64,000 bases of DNA from Cycas panzhihuaensis (Eukaryota > Plantae > Cycadophyta): positions 127,913,741-127,977,740 of the forward strand of contig CM041465.1 in NCBI GenBank assembly GCA_023213395.1, in the 5' to 3' direction. A model generated the notes under the pieces. That model worked only from the letters and a program-made list of their open reading frames with translations, was not told where the DNA came from and made no database searches. Made by a program: the position numbers and the translations under genes. Below, piece after piece: positions 1 through 13,101 of this stretch; position 1 is the first letter of the stretch; each line of letters starts with the position of its first letter.

Positions 1-307
1 CTTACTTCATATAAATGCTTAACACTATTTTATGTTCTTTCTAATAATTTGATTCAATAAATATTTAAAGGCTCATAATTATCATTTGATTTGATATTTT
101 ATTTGATGTAACTGTCTATTATATCAGGAGATTTTGGGTATAATATCCAATTACATCCATACCTTATTTACATACTTTTATATATTATTTATATTTTATA
201 TTGTAGGTCACTTTGAGTTGTATGTCACCTTGAAATATATATTAGCATATAATGGTTGGCCTTTAAGGGCTCTCATAGGCCTACCATGGATAGATGTTTC
301 TACATCA
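1..307 (-). repeat. 3' LTR (partial, runs off window) of the CRM-like gypsy element
   Basis: Minus strand reads PPT-like TGAGGGAG (308-315) then TGATGTAG...; TGATG termini are typical of CRM chromoviruses. It lies just downstream of the chromodomain remnant at ~360-457. Confidence 0.65.
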
Positions 308-560
308 CTCCCTCATATTTCAAAATAAGTTAACTACTACAAGTTACTATGATAGGATTACTTTCATTTGTCTAAGTTAAGTTTCTTTAATTTACTTTTA
401 AAAATCTAAGTCTTGTCCTTCTACTATAGGTCTTTCCACTAGTTTAAATACCTATTATTTTTTTTGATAAGGTAAAATAAATTATAAGTGGGTTTGAAAC
501 AGGGTCCCACAACCTAGTACATCAATAATCTTTAGGCTTCCCAGTCATAGATGACCATGA

Positions 561-872
561 TGAAGAAAGGATGGATCTAGGAGATAAATCACTCATATGC
601 ACACAATGGCAATGGAGAATGAAAAAGAAGATGAAACACAATATAAGAGTAAGCTTGGAGGTGAGAATGAATAATGACTCCCTCCTTGAGATTTCACCTT
701 TTATTATTGAGAGTGAGCATTAGGGTTAGGATTTTCCCGCCTAATGACATGAACCTAAAATTACATCTAAATGCACATAAAGTACATTTCATTAAGAGAC
801 TAATGCTAATAACATATCCTAAGGCCACATAATTAATCTACACAAATGAACTTGATACATTAACCTCTTTCA
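561..872 (-). repeat. copia-1 3' LTR
   Basis: Direct repeat of 7076-7387; adjacent PPT aaggtggggat. Confidence 0.95.
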
Positions 873-1187
873 ATCCCCACCTTAATGGTGGAAGGTCATT
901 TTTAGAAAATCTATTCTATCAGGTCTTCATTTGAGCCTCATTATTACATTGAAATTCTAAATAACACTTTTGTAGGAAAACCTTCATAGGGAATAAAAAC
1001 CCACGAACTTTCTAAGATCTATAGCCCCTTTTATAAATTAAAATAGCTAAGGTGGCTCTTTGATGTAGACTGATAACCAAGTAGCTTAAATATGTAGCTT
1101 AATCTGCTAAGTCTCCATATACTATTTGGTCATCCCTTATGCCCTTTTGGTTTCATAGGTTTTGATTTTCCAAAACAACTATAACCC

Positions 1188-1292
1188 TTATCCTTCTGTA
1201 CCCACATGGGGTTTTCATAAAGAGGATAGAGTAGAGACTTACTCTTATTCTTCTGCACCCACAATGAGTTTTCACAAAGAGAATAGAGTATG
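1188..1292. repeat. ~57-bp tandem duplication in the copia-1 3' UTR
   Basis: ttatccttctgtacccacatggggttttcataaagaggatagagta vs ttattcttctgcacccacaatgagttttcacaaagagaatagagta. Confidence 0.85.
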
Positions 1293-1317
1293 ATGATCCT
1301 GTTATCATCTTCTTTAA

Positions 1318-4300
1318 TCAATTACAGATGGAGGCCCTAAGGCTAAGATGCCTTCAAAATTGTTTAAACTTCACCCTTTGCAACAATTTGGTGAAGATAT
1401 CGGCCACTTGATCTACTGTGGGATAGTAATCTAATTGATTTATGTTGTCATGAACAAGTTCCCTAATCTTATGAACTTTCGTACTTATGTGTTTGGTACG
1501 ATCGTGAAATACAAGATTTTTCACCATACAGATTACTGATTGATTATCCACATGAAGACTCGTAGGACTTATTTGGGTGATATTCAATGTTTCCAATAAT
1601 TTTCTCAGCCATATCACCTCTTTACTAGTCTTAGAAGCAGTAATGTATTCAACTTCGACAGTTGAATCTGCAACTATCTTCTGCCGTCTGGATCTCCATG
1701 ATATTGGTGTTGTTCTAAGAAACGTTACATACCCAGACGTAGATCTTCCTGTATCTTTATCTCTTGCAAAGTCTGAGTCTGTATGCGTAAAAGCTTAAAG
1801 TCTGAATTAGGTTCATACAACAGACCATATTTGCTGGTCATCTTAAGGTATCTAAACACTCGCACTATTGTCTGCCAATGATTCTGCTTAGGATTTATCA
1901 CGTAATGAGCAAGAATGCTGACATAGTGTATAATATCTGGCCTTGTATTGGTAGTGTAAATGAGACTACCTACAAGTTTCCTATAGAGTATTGTGTCTAC
2001 CTCCCTATTATCACCTTCAGTTGAGAGTTTGGTGTTAGGATCCATAAGTAACATCACTGGTCGAGCATCTTCTAATTGAAACTTGGTTAGAAGATCGTTG
2101 ATGTATTTTTCTTGAGAGAGGAAAATTTTTCCATTCTTTTGTGTTACTTCAATTCCTAAGTATTATTTCATCAAACCAAGGTCAGATAATTCGAATGTTT
2201 TACCAAGGTCCTTTTTCAACTGGCTTATTGCCTGTTCACTATTACCCGTTACTAGCATGTCATCCACAAAGATTATGAGATAAGTGACTTTATCCTTATG
2301 GCGCTTGATGAACAACACTGCATCAATATCTTGATAGTCATAAACCTCGTATCCAAGTTGCCTCATCCTTTCAGATAACTTGGCAAACCAAGCATGAGGG
2401 GATTATTTAAGGCCATACAAGGACTTTCTGAGCCTGTAAACCATATGCTCTTGACCTTCGATCTCATATCCTTCTGGCTGAGCCATGTAAATTTCTTCTT
2501 CAAGATTTCCATTGAGAAACATGGTCTTAATATCGAGTTGGTGGATTTTCCAATCCTGTTGAGTAGCCAAGGCCATAAGAGTTCTAATTGTAGGCCACTT
2601 GGTTATAGGTGCAGAGACTTCAGTGTAGCTGATGCCTTCCCTTTGTGTAAATCCTTTAGCTACCAACCTCGCCTTATGTTTTTCAAGGGTGTCATCTGAT
2701 CTATATTTGTTTTTGAATATCCACTTATTTTGAACTACCTTTCTGCCAAGTGATAGGTTAACAAGCTCCCATGTACCATTCTTGATAAGAGATTGGTACT
2801 CTTCGTTCATGGCGTTTCTCTAAGCTGTCTACTTTATAACTTCTTGGTATGTTAAGGGCTCTTCATTAAGAGTAAGGTGTAATTCTGCTCGTTCAAGCTC
2901 AGTATATAATGATTCCTGCATCCTTGCTCCATGGGAACTTTGAGTGCCAGTTTTACCCACCTCATTTGGTCATATGTCCTTATTGAGCTGGCGGGCTTCT
3001 CGAGATCCTCGAGTTGGGAATGATGTCCTCATTTCCCCAACTTCTTGGTTCTTATCATGTTCATTAAAATGATTATTTTATGAGGAGGATGTTAATGTGC
3101 CTGAGGAAGATGGTCCTTCTACCACTATTTTGTCTTTGTCAACTAAAGGTGGAGATGATGGTTTTTCTATAATGGTTTTGCCTTTGTCAGCTCTGTTATC
3201 TTTAAAAGATGGTGTTGGATGTGCACTCATTTGTTCAGAGTCACAACTTGTATCCTCTAAGGCTCTATTGTCAGCTTCCAACATTTGGAGTAATTTTTGG
3301 CAATGATACAAGCTTCACATTTAAAAGGCTTAGAGGAGAACTTTGGAAGGTTTGGAAGAGTATTAGAAAGATCTCTAAATCTATTAATGTGAATATGGCC
3401 CATACGAGCATGCCAAAGAGCTTCTGGTGACAACATTGGATGAGTCAGGATGGAATAAAATGTAAATTCTTCATCAGCATAAGGGCTTTGGGCACAATAG
3501 GCTTCAGAAGATGGAGAGCCATTCAGTCAAAAGAGTTTGCAAGAGAGATGTCTAGTCAAAACCACCTGATTAGTTGGAGGGTAAATGACCTTACGAGTCT
3601 GGTTATTTGCGGTTACACTCAGATCAAATCCATGAGAAACAAGTGTGGATAAAGAGAGTAGGTTTTGTTTGAGATTGGGTATGTATAAGACATTAAGCAA
3701 TGCAAAATCTTCTAAGCCTGGGAGCTTCACGCGAGTGTTGCCAATTCCTTCAACAGGTTATTGTGATTTATCAGCCATGTGAATAACTCCATGAATATTT
3801 GAGTCAAATGTTTCATATAGACTGCAATTGCATGTCATATGTTGAGTTGCTTGTGTGTCCATGATCCACTGTCCATCGATTGAAGCCACACTATTGGCAA
3901 TTCCAATAGGGCTTGGCATTGGTGAAGGGAATTCACAAGTGATATATCTACACCGAGCTTCAAAGTATCTCTTTGGTTAGTCAAAGGCATTTGATGCTGA
4001 AGATCCCTCAATTCTTTGAATGTGTGCTTGTACAAAACCTACACCACTAAAGGATTCTTCACAAGTTTCTTCAACATTGTGAGCTCCATGTTTTGGTTGG
4101 AACTTGGCCAACTTATAAGTGGCAGTTCTACAATCTTTTACTAAGTGTCCTTTACGATTACACCTATCACACATAATAGTTTGATTACCAGTCCCTAAAG
4201 AAAATTGGTTTGGCCTGACTGTCTTGCTCTTTGTTGAGATGGCCCTTAGCCTTGGAACTGTCGAGGTTGTAATTGAGGGTTTGATTGACCTTGTGGATGA

Positions 4301-5066
4301 TTTCTTATATTTCTTCCTCTTCCTCTTGCTCAGTTATTTCCTCTGCCATGAGAGGCACCTTGATTTTTTGTGTAGCAAACTTCTTCTTCTACCTCAAAAC
4401 TACATCTGGAAGAGAGTCAGAGGCTACAAAGTTTGTATCAAAGGTCTTGTCAAATTCTATAAACTTCTCAGCAAGTGCTTCGAAGTTGAGTGTCTTCAAT
4501 GTTCCATTAGATTAAAGACTTCCAAGCAAGTTTTTATAATTAGGGACATGTAAATATGACTGGATCAAAAATGCCAAAGTGTTGCATTGGGTCTTAAAGT
4601 CTTTGTCAATTGCCTATTTGATTGGTCGAAGGAGATTTATTGTCTCATAAGCTCATCCCTTCTACATTTTTAATTTGTTCATTTTTAAAACAAGATGAAC
4701 AAATTCTAAATCTGACTTTGTATCAAAGTTCTTTCTAAGAACTTCTAAGACCTTCCAGGCTGTATCATGTTCCTCTTCATTTATTAAGTTGTGCAAGGAG
4801 TGATCAATGACCAACAAAATTCCTGCATGATTCTTTTTATCATTTATCTCCCATTGTAGTTTAGCTGCAGCATCTGTAGGAGCTGTTGGGGCAGATCCAC
4901 TTGAAGCAATTGTTATGGCCGATTCTTTGGTGTCTTTGAGTGTAGCCAAGTAGGCTCTCCAAAAGCCTTTATACTTTGTAGTATTTTAAATTCCAGTGTA
5001 TCATATATCCAAATTTTCTTTGCCTTTTAATATGAACTTAACATTTTGCTTGAATTGAGATGACAT
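1318..5066 (-). pseudogene. copia-1 gag-pol pseudogene
   Basis: ATG at 5066; CDRCNRKGHLVKDC knuckle; GAG-pre-integrase HARMGH..CEAC; RT KARLVAKGFTQREGI, QLDIKTMFLNG, IFVDDML; RNase H DNQS..FHDRTKHI..QVADIFTK. Confidence 0.93.
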
Positions 5067-5269
5067 GGTGATGATGAAGAAGTACAAGAGATGATAGAAG
5101 TATATGACGCTGACACGTGTGGCTAATACACCTGACGTAGCAAGGATGTAGAAATGATTATTATGATGAGAAGTTAGCAATGTTTAACTATTTTTTAATA
5201 ATTATATAAAAAAATGAATATAAGTAATGATGCAAGAATGAGGCCTAATGTAGAGTTGGCAAAGAGTGT

Positions 5270-5712
5270 TGATGTGTTATGCCACTACCCTCTCAGTTAT
5301 GTCCAAATGTAGGTGAGGTTTCGATGCCTAAGGCTTCTAGTATACAATTAGGGCCTTCACCCGTGATACCCACACCTGCGCTTGGTGATGAAATCCAAGT
5401 CACAGTGGAGCCCAGGTACTCCTAGTCCTCACCCAATTCACCAATGAGTAGCTATATGCCTCCTCCAAAGAGTCAAACGGTACTAGGTATCCCATGGCTA
5501 TGATAGATATTGGACCAGGTTAATTTTAATCTTGCATTAAGGTTTTCAGTTTTCCCAGGTGGTTATTAGGATTATCCTTGATTGGAGGCTGTAGGTATGG
5601 CTAACCTATCCCTCCACCACTATTCCAATTAAGACTAGAGCCAGTATGAAACTCACACCTCCCTTAGGGCCTGGACTTCGGCCAACCATGGTCTATGTCA
5701 ACCAAGGTGAGT
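5270..5712 (-). ncRNA. Conserved structured cis-acting RNA element in the copia-1 5' leader (putative)
   Basis: Homologous to 60678-61100; several hairpins show compensatory changes between the two copies. Confidence 0.6.
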
Positions 5713-5829
5713 GTGCGCATAAGTCAAGAACTGGCGGTATAGATCGTAAAGATGAGATTCCTTTTAGATATTTCCGTATAACTAAAAATTGAAATAGAAA
5801 CTTGCCTAATGTGCTTGCTTACTTTTCGT

Positions 5830-5952
5830 GCTTACTTTATTATTGTTATTACTTTTGTGATGCTTTATTGTTATTGCTGCTTTTGTGATGCTTTATTGTT
5901 GTTGTTGCTTTTGTGATACTTTATTGTTGTTGCTACTTTTTTGATGCTTTAT
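5830..5952. repeat. ~26-bp minisatellite (gctttattgttgttgttgcttttgtgat)n in the copia-1 5' leader
   Basis: Four to five degenerate units visible. Confidence 0.85.
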
Positions 5953-7061
5953 GCTATGTGTGCAAATAGAAAAGCATGCTAGATTTAGTAGCGGAACCAG
6001 ATGTTGTTTTTGATCCAAGGTTTCCCTTACTTTAGTACAATATTTCCAAATATGATTTTGGAAGTTTTGATACAAAAGCCACAATGGGCTAAAAAGTGGA
6101 TCAACTTGCCACTAAAATGATAATTTTTCTAAATCTATATGCATGCTATTTTGCCCTATTTTGTGATTTTTTCATAAAATTTACAAATAATGATAAATGG
6201 GCAAATTTTTATAAATTACAAATATGAAGGCCTAAATGATGAAATCTAAATTTATGACAGAAGGAAAAAGTGTTCAGAATGTTGTTTCTGATAGAGTTGT
6301 GAAGTCAGATTTCAGAAAAGGCACAAAAAAGACCAAAGTAAAATTATGCCAGATCAACTGTCTCAGAATCTGGACTTCAATATGTCAAAAGTTATATTTT
6401 GACATGTACATTAACTTTTCCTTCTACACCATCTATAAAATCTACCAAAAAACTTGCCTGAAATGCCCTTGCATGGTCCTTTGTGGGGTTGAGCAGGCAA
6501 AATTAGCAACCGTAAGAAAATTGCATAGATCTCACTAACCAGTGGATGAAATTTGATGAGATTTATCTTAAAATGATCTTAGGACATAAATGTACCAAAT
6601 CCATTAATTAAACTTTTAGATCTTTAGCTTATAATTAAAGGATTTTATTAGGAAAAGTGCTTTAAATCACTTATCCACAAAATTTACCCATTTTGTCACA
6701 ACTAAAACTCATTGTTGATGGTTAAATTTGAAGTTTCTCTAGAAGAAAAAAATGATCCTCTAGTGAAAGCGATCTTGCATGCCAAATTTCATCAAATTAT
6801 GAGATGGTTGAAGTTTTATGAAAATTTGGGCCTTTAATACTTCCGGGACTACTCCTAAGAAATGAGCAACTTCAAAAACCTGTATTCTTCACCTCTGAAT
6901 TTCTACACACATGTACAAAGTATCAACATGCAAAATACTATAATTTAAAGCTCTTAAAATGTTAAAAAATAATGAATGCACTCTCAATACTTCACATTGA
7001 AGGTGAAGGAGAGGCAAAATGACTCCATGCAAGTGGAATGGAGTGAATAGATCCCCTTCTA

Positions 7062-7073
7062 GCTCTGATACCA
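7062..7073 (-). promoter_or_regulatory. Primer-binding site (tRNA-iMet)
   Basis: Perfect TGGTATCAGAGC on the minus strand, 2 nt from the LTR. Confidence 0.95.
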
Positions 7074-7075
7074 CA

Positions 7076-7387
7076 TGAAGGAAGGATGGATCTAGGAGAT
7101 AAATCACTCACATGCACACAATGGCAATGGAGAATGAAAAAGAAGATGAAACACGATATGAGAGCAAGCTTGGAGGTGAGAATGAATAATGACTCCTTCC
7201 TTGAGATTTCACCTTTTATTATTAAGGGTGAGCATTATGGTTAGGATTTTCCTGCCTAATGAAATGAACCCGAAATTACATCTAAATGCATATAAAGTAC
7301 ATTTTATTAAGAGACTAATGCTAATAATATATCTTAAGGTCATATAATTAATCTACACAAATGACCTTGATACATTAACCTCTTTCA
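7076..7387 (-). repeat. copia-1 5' LTR
   Basis: Direct repeat of 561-872; adjacent tRNA-iMet PBS. Confidence 0.95.
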
Positions 7388-7444
7388 CGTGACATCCCCA
7401 CGGTCTAGGTAAAGAAATAATTTCACTAGGATAAGTCCCATGGC

Positions 7445-10400
7445 TAGCTATCTCGGACCCTATCCTTCTCAACCAGAACTATGAGATCCTCAAGAAAATC
7501 ATACCTCCCAATGGTGTCTTCCTTTTGCCTAACCCCTCAGTTTGCCAAAAAGTCAGTCGTTTTGTTTCCCTCTCTTAACGTGTGCTTTATATGGACATCT
7601 TCCAACCCCTTAAGACTCTCCTTCGTATCATTGATCATGGTCTGAAATCTCCAATCTAGGAGGGCTGAGCCTTTGAGTGAATTGATAACCATCTCTGAGT
7701 CTCCCTCAATTACCAATCACCTGGAACCTCCAACTAGGGCTAAGTCAATGGCTTTAAACATGGCATTCGTTTTTGCAAAGTGGTTCGTTTGGTAGTCATA
7801 ATCATCCGCGAAGGCCTATATAGGGTTTCCAAGGTTGTCTCTACATATACCCCCTTCTCCAGCTTCTCCTAGGTTCCCCTTTGATACACTGTCAAAATTA
7901 ATTTTTAGTTAAGATTCCTCAGGAGGCAACCAATAACTAAATCTTACCTTGGTGGCCTCATATACTGGCTGTATACCCCACTTTAACAGGATCCTATTTT
8001 CTATCAAGGTGGTACGTTTTTCCTTAATATTTCTAACATTTTCCCTAATGTCCATCGAGACTTTTCTGAAGATAGCATACTAGTCCATATGGCTCCCTTG
8101 GAAGATTCTTCTATTTCTTTCCTTCCATATGTTCCATGACAAAATCAGAAATGCACTTTTCCAAGTACTGCTTAATACTTTGCTTCTGAATGGGCTTTGC
8201 CAAGCGGACCATTCATTAACTACCTTTTCAGAAAAGGTCTAGCACACCTCTAGTTTGTCCAATAGCATCTCCCATACCTCTCTCGAATATGGGCACCTAA
8301 GTAGGATGTGGTCCAAGGATTCTTCCCCTTTGCAGCATAGAATACATCTATTAGTCATATGGAAACCACTCTTTTTGAGGTTATCCACAGTAAGAATTTT
8401 ATTCCTTAAACATATCCATAAAAAAATTACAATCTTAAGGATAAGTGGGAGCTTCCATACGCCTTCTAATAATTCATTCTTCTGGTCTCCTCTTACCAGG
8501 CATAAGAAATGGTAACCCTATTTGGCAGCATACTCCCCAGATGGGCTTAAGGGCCACACGACAGTGTCTGGGGAGGACATCCTAGGAATATAACTTTTAT
8601 CCAGAATCCTTTTGATTTTGGAGAGGCCATCCTTGAGAAGCTGCTCCCCCTAGACTTCCTCGAAAATTCTCCAGCTTCTTTCTCTCCTTGTCCTCGTCTA
8701 ATACTCCTTCATTAAGGAACCATATATCCTCACACAGGGATCCTTGATAGGGACAAGGTCTGGAAATAGTTTTAAGGCCTTGTTAGAGCACCATGCATCC
8801 TCCTTGAACTTAATGGTGCTTCTGTCTCCAAGTTTCTATTTTGGCTCTTCTCTGACGACATTCCATGCTTTAAGGATACTTCTCCATACGGTTGAGCTAA
8901 CTGGGGAAAGAAGGTTTTCGATGAGAGAACCACCTTGTAGATATTTCCATGTGAGAATCTTCTCCCACAGTCTCTCACCCCCCTTAACAAGATGCTAACC
9001 CAATTTAGCCCCGAGAGCAACATTAAAAGCTGGGATCCCTCTCAAATTAAGGCCACTGGCCCATTTTAGAGAACATATTTTATTCCAACTCATAAGGTGT
9101 ATCCTATCTTTGTCCTCTATCCGAGACCATAGGAATATCTTCTGGATGGTTTCTATAGTAGATGAGATTCTAGACAGCAGTCTAAAGATAGTCATCTAGT
9201 ATACTGGAATACTCTGAAGCGTGGAAGCCACAAGCTGTAGCTTCCCCACTAGACTTAGGAGATCGCCCTTCCAACTAGCCAACTTCCTTTGCGTCCTATC
9301 AATAAGGGGGTTCCACATTTCCTTGGATATTTTACCATCGAAGAGGGGCAAACCAAGATAAGTTGTGGGTAGCTTCTTAATGCCCATCTCTAAGATCCTG
9401 CTTATCCTACCCTGGGTGCCTCCCGGGGTGTTTATAAAGTAGACGTTACTTTTGTTCAAGCTGATCTTCTAATTCGTAGCCCTCTTAAAATGTCCCAAGA
9501 TCTCCTTAAATTTACATGTCTCTTTAATGACTGCCTTCCCTAAGAAGATATTGTCATCGACAAACTGGTGGTGGATGACGTTGTCCACCCCTAATGTCAA
9601 TTTTATACCTTTAATAATCCCTTGTCTTCTGGCAGCCTCCCAAGTTCTGCCCAACATTTTAGCCACAGTTATGTAGAGAAAGCGAGAGAGAGGGTCACCT
9701 TGTCTCAAATCCCTAAAACCTGGGAAAATCCTAGAAGAGGACCCATTGATAATAATTGAGTATTGCGGGCTACCTATACAGAGCTTGATATAAGTCTACC
9801 ATAAATCCCAAAAGCCAAATGTCTCTAGGCATTCTAAGAGGCAATCCTAAGAGACCCTATCAAAGGCCTTTGTAAGGTTGATCTTAATGAGCATCGTAGG
9901 CTCCTTCATTTCCTTGACCGAATGGATTGTTTTATGGACCACTATGAAGTTGTCATAGATCTGTCTTCCCTAAAGGAAACCATCCTGGCTCTAAGAGATA
10001 ATATTTAGCATGATCTTCTTTAGTCTATTGGCCAAAACCTTGGTTATAATCTTATATTTAACATTGTAGAGACTAATGGGTCGGTACTCCTCCATTTTCT
10101 TTGCCCCTTCTTTTTTAGGGATGAGAATGAGGAATGTTGCCTGCTATTCCTAAAGAATCTTATGATTTACACAGAATTCTTGCAGAGCCTCCATGAGGTC
10201 ACTCTTTATGATATCCCAAAACTCCTAAAAGAACCCCATAAGAAATCCATCGGGGCCTGGAGCTTTGTCTCTCTTCATATCAAAGAGAGCCTTTCTAACC
10301 TCATCCTGTGTAAAAGGAGCTATCAACCTTGCATTTTGAGAATCGTTCACCAATCTGGGAATATTATTTAGGAAGTCCTTCTTTCTATCCTTATCACCAT

Positions 10401-11633
10401 CCTATGGCTCTATAAATAAATCCTTAAAGTAATCTCTAGCAAGTTCCTTCATGTCCTCCATGGAGTTTACTATCGAGCCATCCTCTCTTTGAAGGTTAGT
10501 TATTCTATTGCTGGCTCTATGCTTTGCAGTGGTCATGTGGAAGAATTTAGTGTTTCTATCACCTTCAGCCAACCATAATGCCCTGGATTTTTGCCTAAAG
10601 TGTATTTCCTCTCTGATGAGGATCTCCTCCAAACTTTCAACCAGTTCCTTCTTGGTCTTGTTGAGATCTATGGATCTGCCCTCCTACTATATCCTATCTC
10701 TTTTATGTCCAAGATGGTTTTGTCCTTAAGTACCTGGATGTTTTGAAAAACTTCCTTACTCTATACTTTTACTTGCCTTTTTACCCAGTCTAATTTCTTC
10801 GAGAATCTATATATAGCATGGCCACGTATTTGAACACCCCACCATTACTCAATCTTGTTACAGAGGTCGAGGTGTTTAAGCCACATCATTTCAAACCTGA
10901 AAGGAGACTCATTGAATTTTTCCAAATCCAAAAATTAAAATAGAAGTGGAGAGTGATCAGAGTTTATTCTTGGCAGAGCCTCCAAGGTAAAGTCCTTAAA
11001 GCATCTCAGCTAATCATAATTTACCAATACCCTATCTAGTCTGATTTGGATTAGACATTCCCCAAGATGCTTATTGGACTAGGTGTATGAAGCCCCCTTG
11101 AGCTTCACGTCCTTAAAACCCCCCTGTTGCAGGAAGCCCCCGAACTCGTTCATGTTACTGCTCCATCCATCTGTACCCTCTCTTTTATCACCTAGGCATA
11201 ATTCCATATTGAAGTCTCCTACCAACAGCCAAGGGGCTCTGTAGTCCCTGTGGACTTCTAATATCCTAACCCATAACCTCTTCCTAGCCTCTTGAAGGTT
11301 TGGGACATAGAGGTTGGTGGCTAGCCACCTGAGATTGTTACTTCTGTGAGTTAGCCACAAAGAGATAAAGGATTCCTCTACCAAATAAATTTCTCTGGAC
11401 CAAACATTCGAATCCCATAGCACCATTAGACCCCCTACTCCTTGAGTATATGCTACATCTTTGCCCTCTACTTTCCTCCATATTTTATTTCTGATCCTTG
11501 GTCCATTCTCCTCGCTTAACTTTGTTTCCTATAGAAACATTAAATCTGGGTGGTGTCTATCCCCCATGTCCCTAACAAGTCTCTGTTTCGAGGGGGCGTT
11601 CAGTCCCCTAATGTTCCACGATATTATTTTCAT
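7445..11633 (-). pseudogene. LINE ORF2 (APE endonuclease, RT, zf-RVT, RNase H), disrupted
   Basis: MKIISWNIRG at 11633; PWLLVGDFN; WLAEGDRNTKFFH; RQGDPLS; HHQFVDD (YADD-like); YLGLPL; KINFDSVSKGNLGEAG and REGNKTTDFLAN (RNase H). Confidence 0.93.
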
Positions 11634-13101
11634 CTCTTTCTTTTTTGCTTCCAGACTTCTATAGTTTCCCCTTTCGGTGGGTCTCTTCCTTATGTTCTAG
11701 ATCTGAGATTAGGCCCTTCAGGAAAGGCATCATTTAGAGTTTTCTGGCTGCCTTGATCCACCTGGGCAGCCGCCTCTCTTTCTCTAAGTAGTTTCAGGGG
11801 GGGCCTGCCCACCCGCTTCTTAGTGCCCACATCCAATGTCTTCTTTTGGGGCTCTACCATATGTGCTAGGGCATATTGGGTTGATGACCCTGGCCCAACC
11901 AAAGTGAAAACCCCAAGTCCTCCAACCCCTTCCAGGTGTGCCGGAGCCTCTGATTCTTGAGCATCCTGCATCCCTACATCTAAGAGAGAGTCCTGGAACA
12001 CCCACATTCGAAGCCATAGACTGGGACTCAGCCGTATGTGGAGCCGACGACCCGGTCCCGACTGAAGAGAGAGCCCCAAGGCCCCAAACCCCTTCCTAAT
12101 GGGCCAGGACCTCAGAATCTTGGGTTACCTGATTCCCTTCCTTAAAGAGAGTGTCCTCCTTATTAGGATCAAAGCCAAGATCCAAGGGGGGATACTTTAT
12201 AGTTCTGGGAGGGGTCCATCTCGGTCCTTTGTAACTTCAGGGGCCATAGTGTTCCCCTAAATCTTTTGTGTGTGCCCTTCTATCCTTATATCTATGGGTT
12301 CTGTTGCCTCCTGGGTTTTTAGCTCGTTGGAGACCTCTTGCTTCCCTTCCATTGGGTTTTTTACACCTGGACATTTCTGGGGTAAGTGGCCTAGATTTCT
12401 GTAAGATGAGCATCTAAAATGCTCCATTTCATATACCAATGGTTGTGCCTAACACCCGTCCACTGTGTCTATCCATAGGTTGTCTAGAAGAGGTTTGTTG
12501 ATCCTAACCAGGGCACATAACCTGGCATTTGTGAGTCTACTTCTATTCTTGGTCACCGAGTCTACTGCTAAAAGAGGTCCCATAGCTTTTGCAATTCCTT
12601 TAAGCACTTCAGGGTTCCAATGATGTAAAGGGAGACCCGGTAATTGAATCCATATGGGTGCTTGCCTGATTTTGGGGATGGAAGGATCAAAATCCCTATG
12701 CCATTTTTCAAGAGTTAAGGCCTTTTTACCAAGTATCTAAGGCGTCCTTAGGAGTATGTTGGTCATATCCTCACAGGAGAGAAATTTAATAAGACGCAAC
12801 CCTTTGCCATTGCAATCACTTCCACATTTCCTACCATTTTCCATTTGATCCTTATCCAGCTTCTGATGGTTTCCAACCCTGGTCTGGGTCCAGAGAATCT
12901 ACCGACAAGGTAATTCTCCCAATGTTTCTCAGTTTCCTCCACCAAATCCTGTGGGATTTTTAATTTGACTTTATTGTCTTGTATTACAGGAGTTAGGTCA
13001 TATGTTTCTTCTTCATTTACTCTCAACACATCACAGTAAGATCTCCCCTATAAAGGATTGGGGTTCTAGTTTTGGTTTTGAAGTATCTGATCCTTATCCA
13101 T
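11600..13101 (-). pseudogene. LINE ORF1 (DUF4283-type RNA-binding region + zinc knuckle), disrupted
   Basis: MDKDQ..GRSYCDVL, WENYLVGRFSGPRP..WIRIKWK, WIQLPGLPLHHW, YEMEHFRCSSYRNLGHLPQKCP (12257-12439). Confidence 0.85.

Larger units (their letters stand above)
561..7387 (-). mobile_element. Ty1/copia LTR retrotransposon (copia-1), structurally complete but lacking the integrase core
   Basis: 312-bp LTRs 561-872 and 7076-7387 (TG..CA, ~20 mismatches). TSD catga (556-560)/cgtga (7388-7392). PBS tggtatcagagc at 7062-7073. PPT at 873-884. gag-pol remnants. Confidence 0.96.

Noticed and set aside
10613-10620. CTGATGAG hammerhead core (also ctgatga at ~16806)
   Set aside because: Lies antisense within retroelement coding sequence, without flanking stems or a properly placed GAAA.
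1577-11756. Plus-strand ORFs from the ORF track (e.g. 2394-2699, 4224-4553, 8255-8515)
   Set aside because: Antisense shadows of minus-strand copia/LINE coding sequence or leader; no independent protein motifs.
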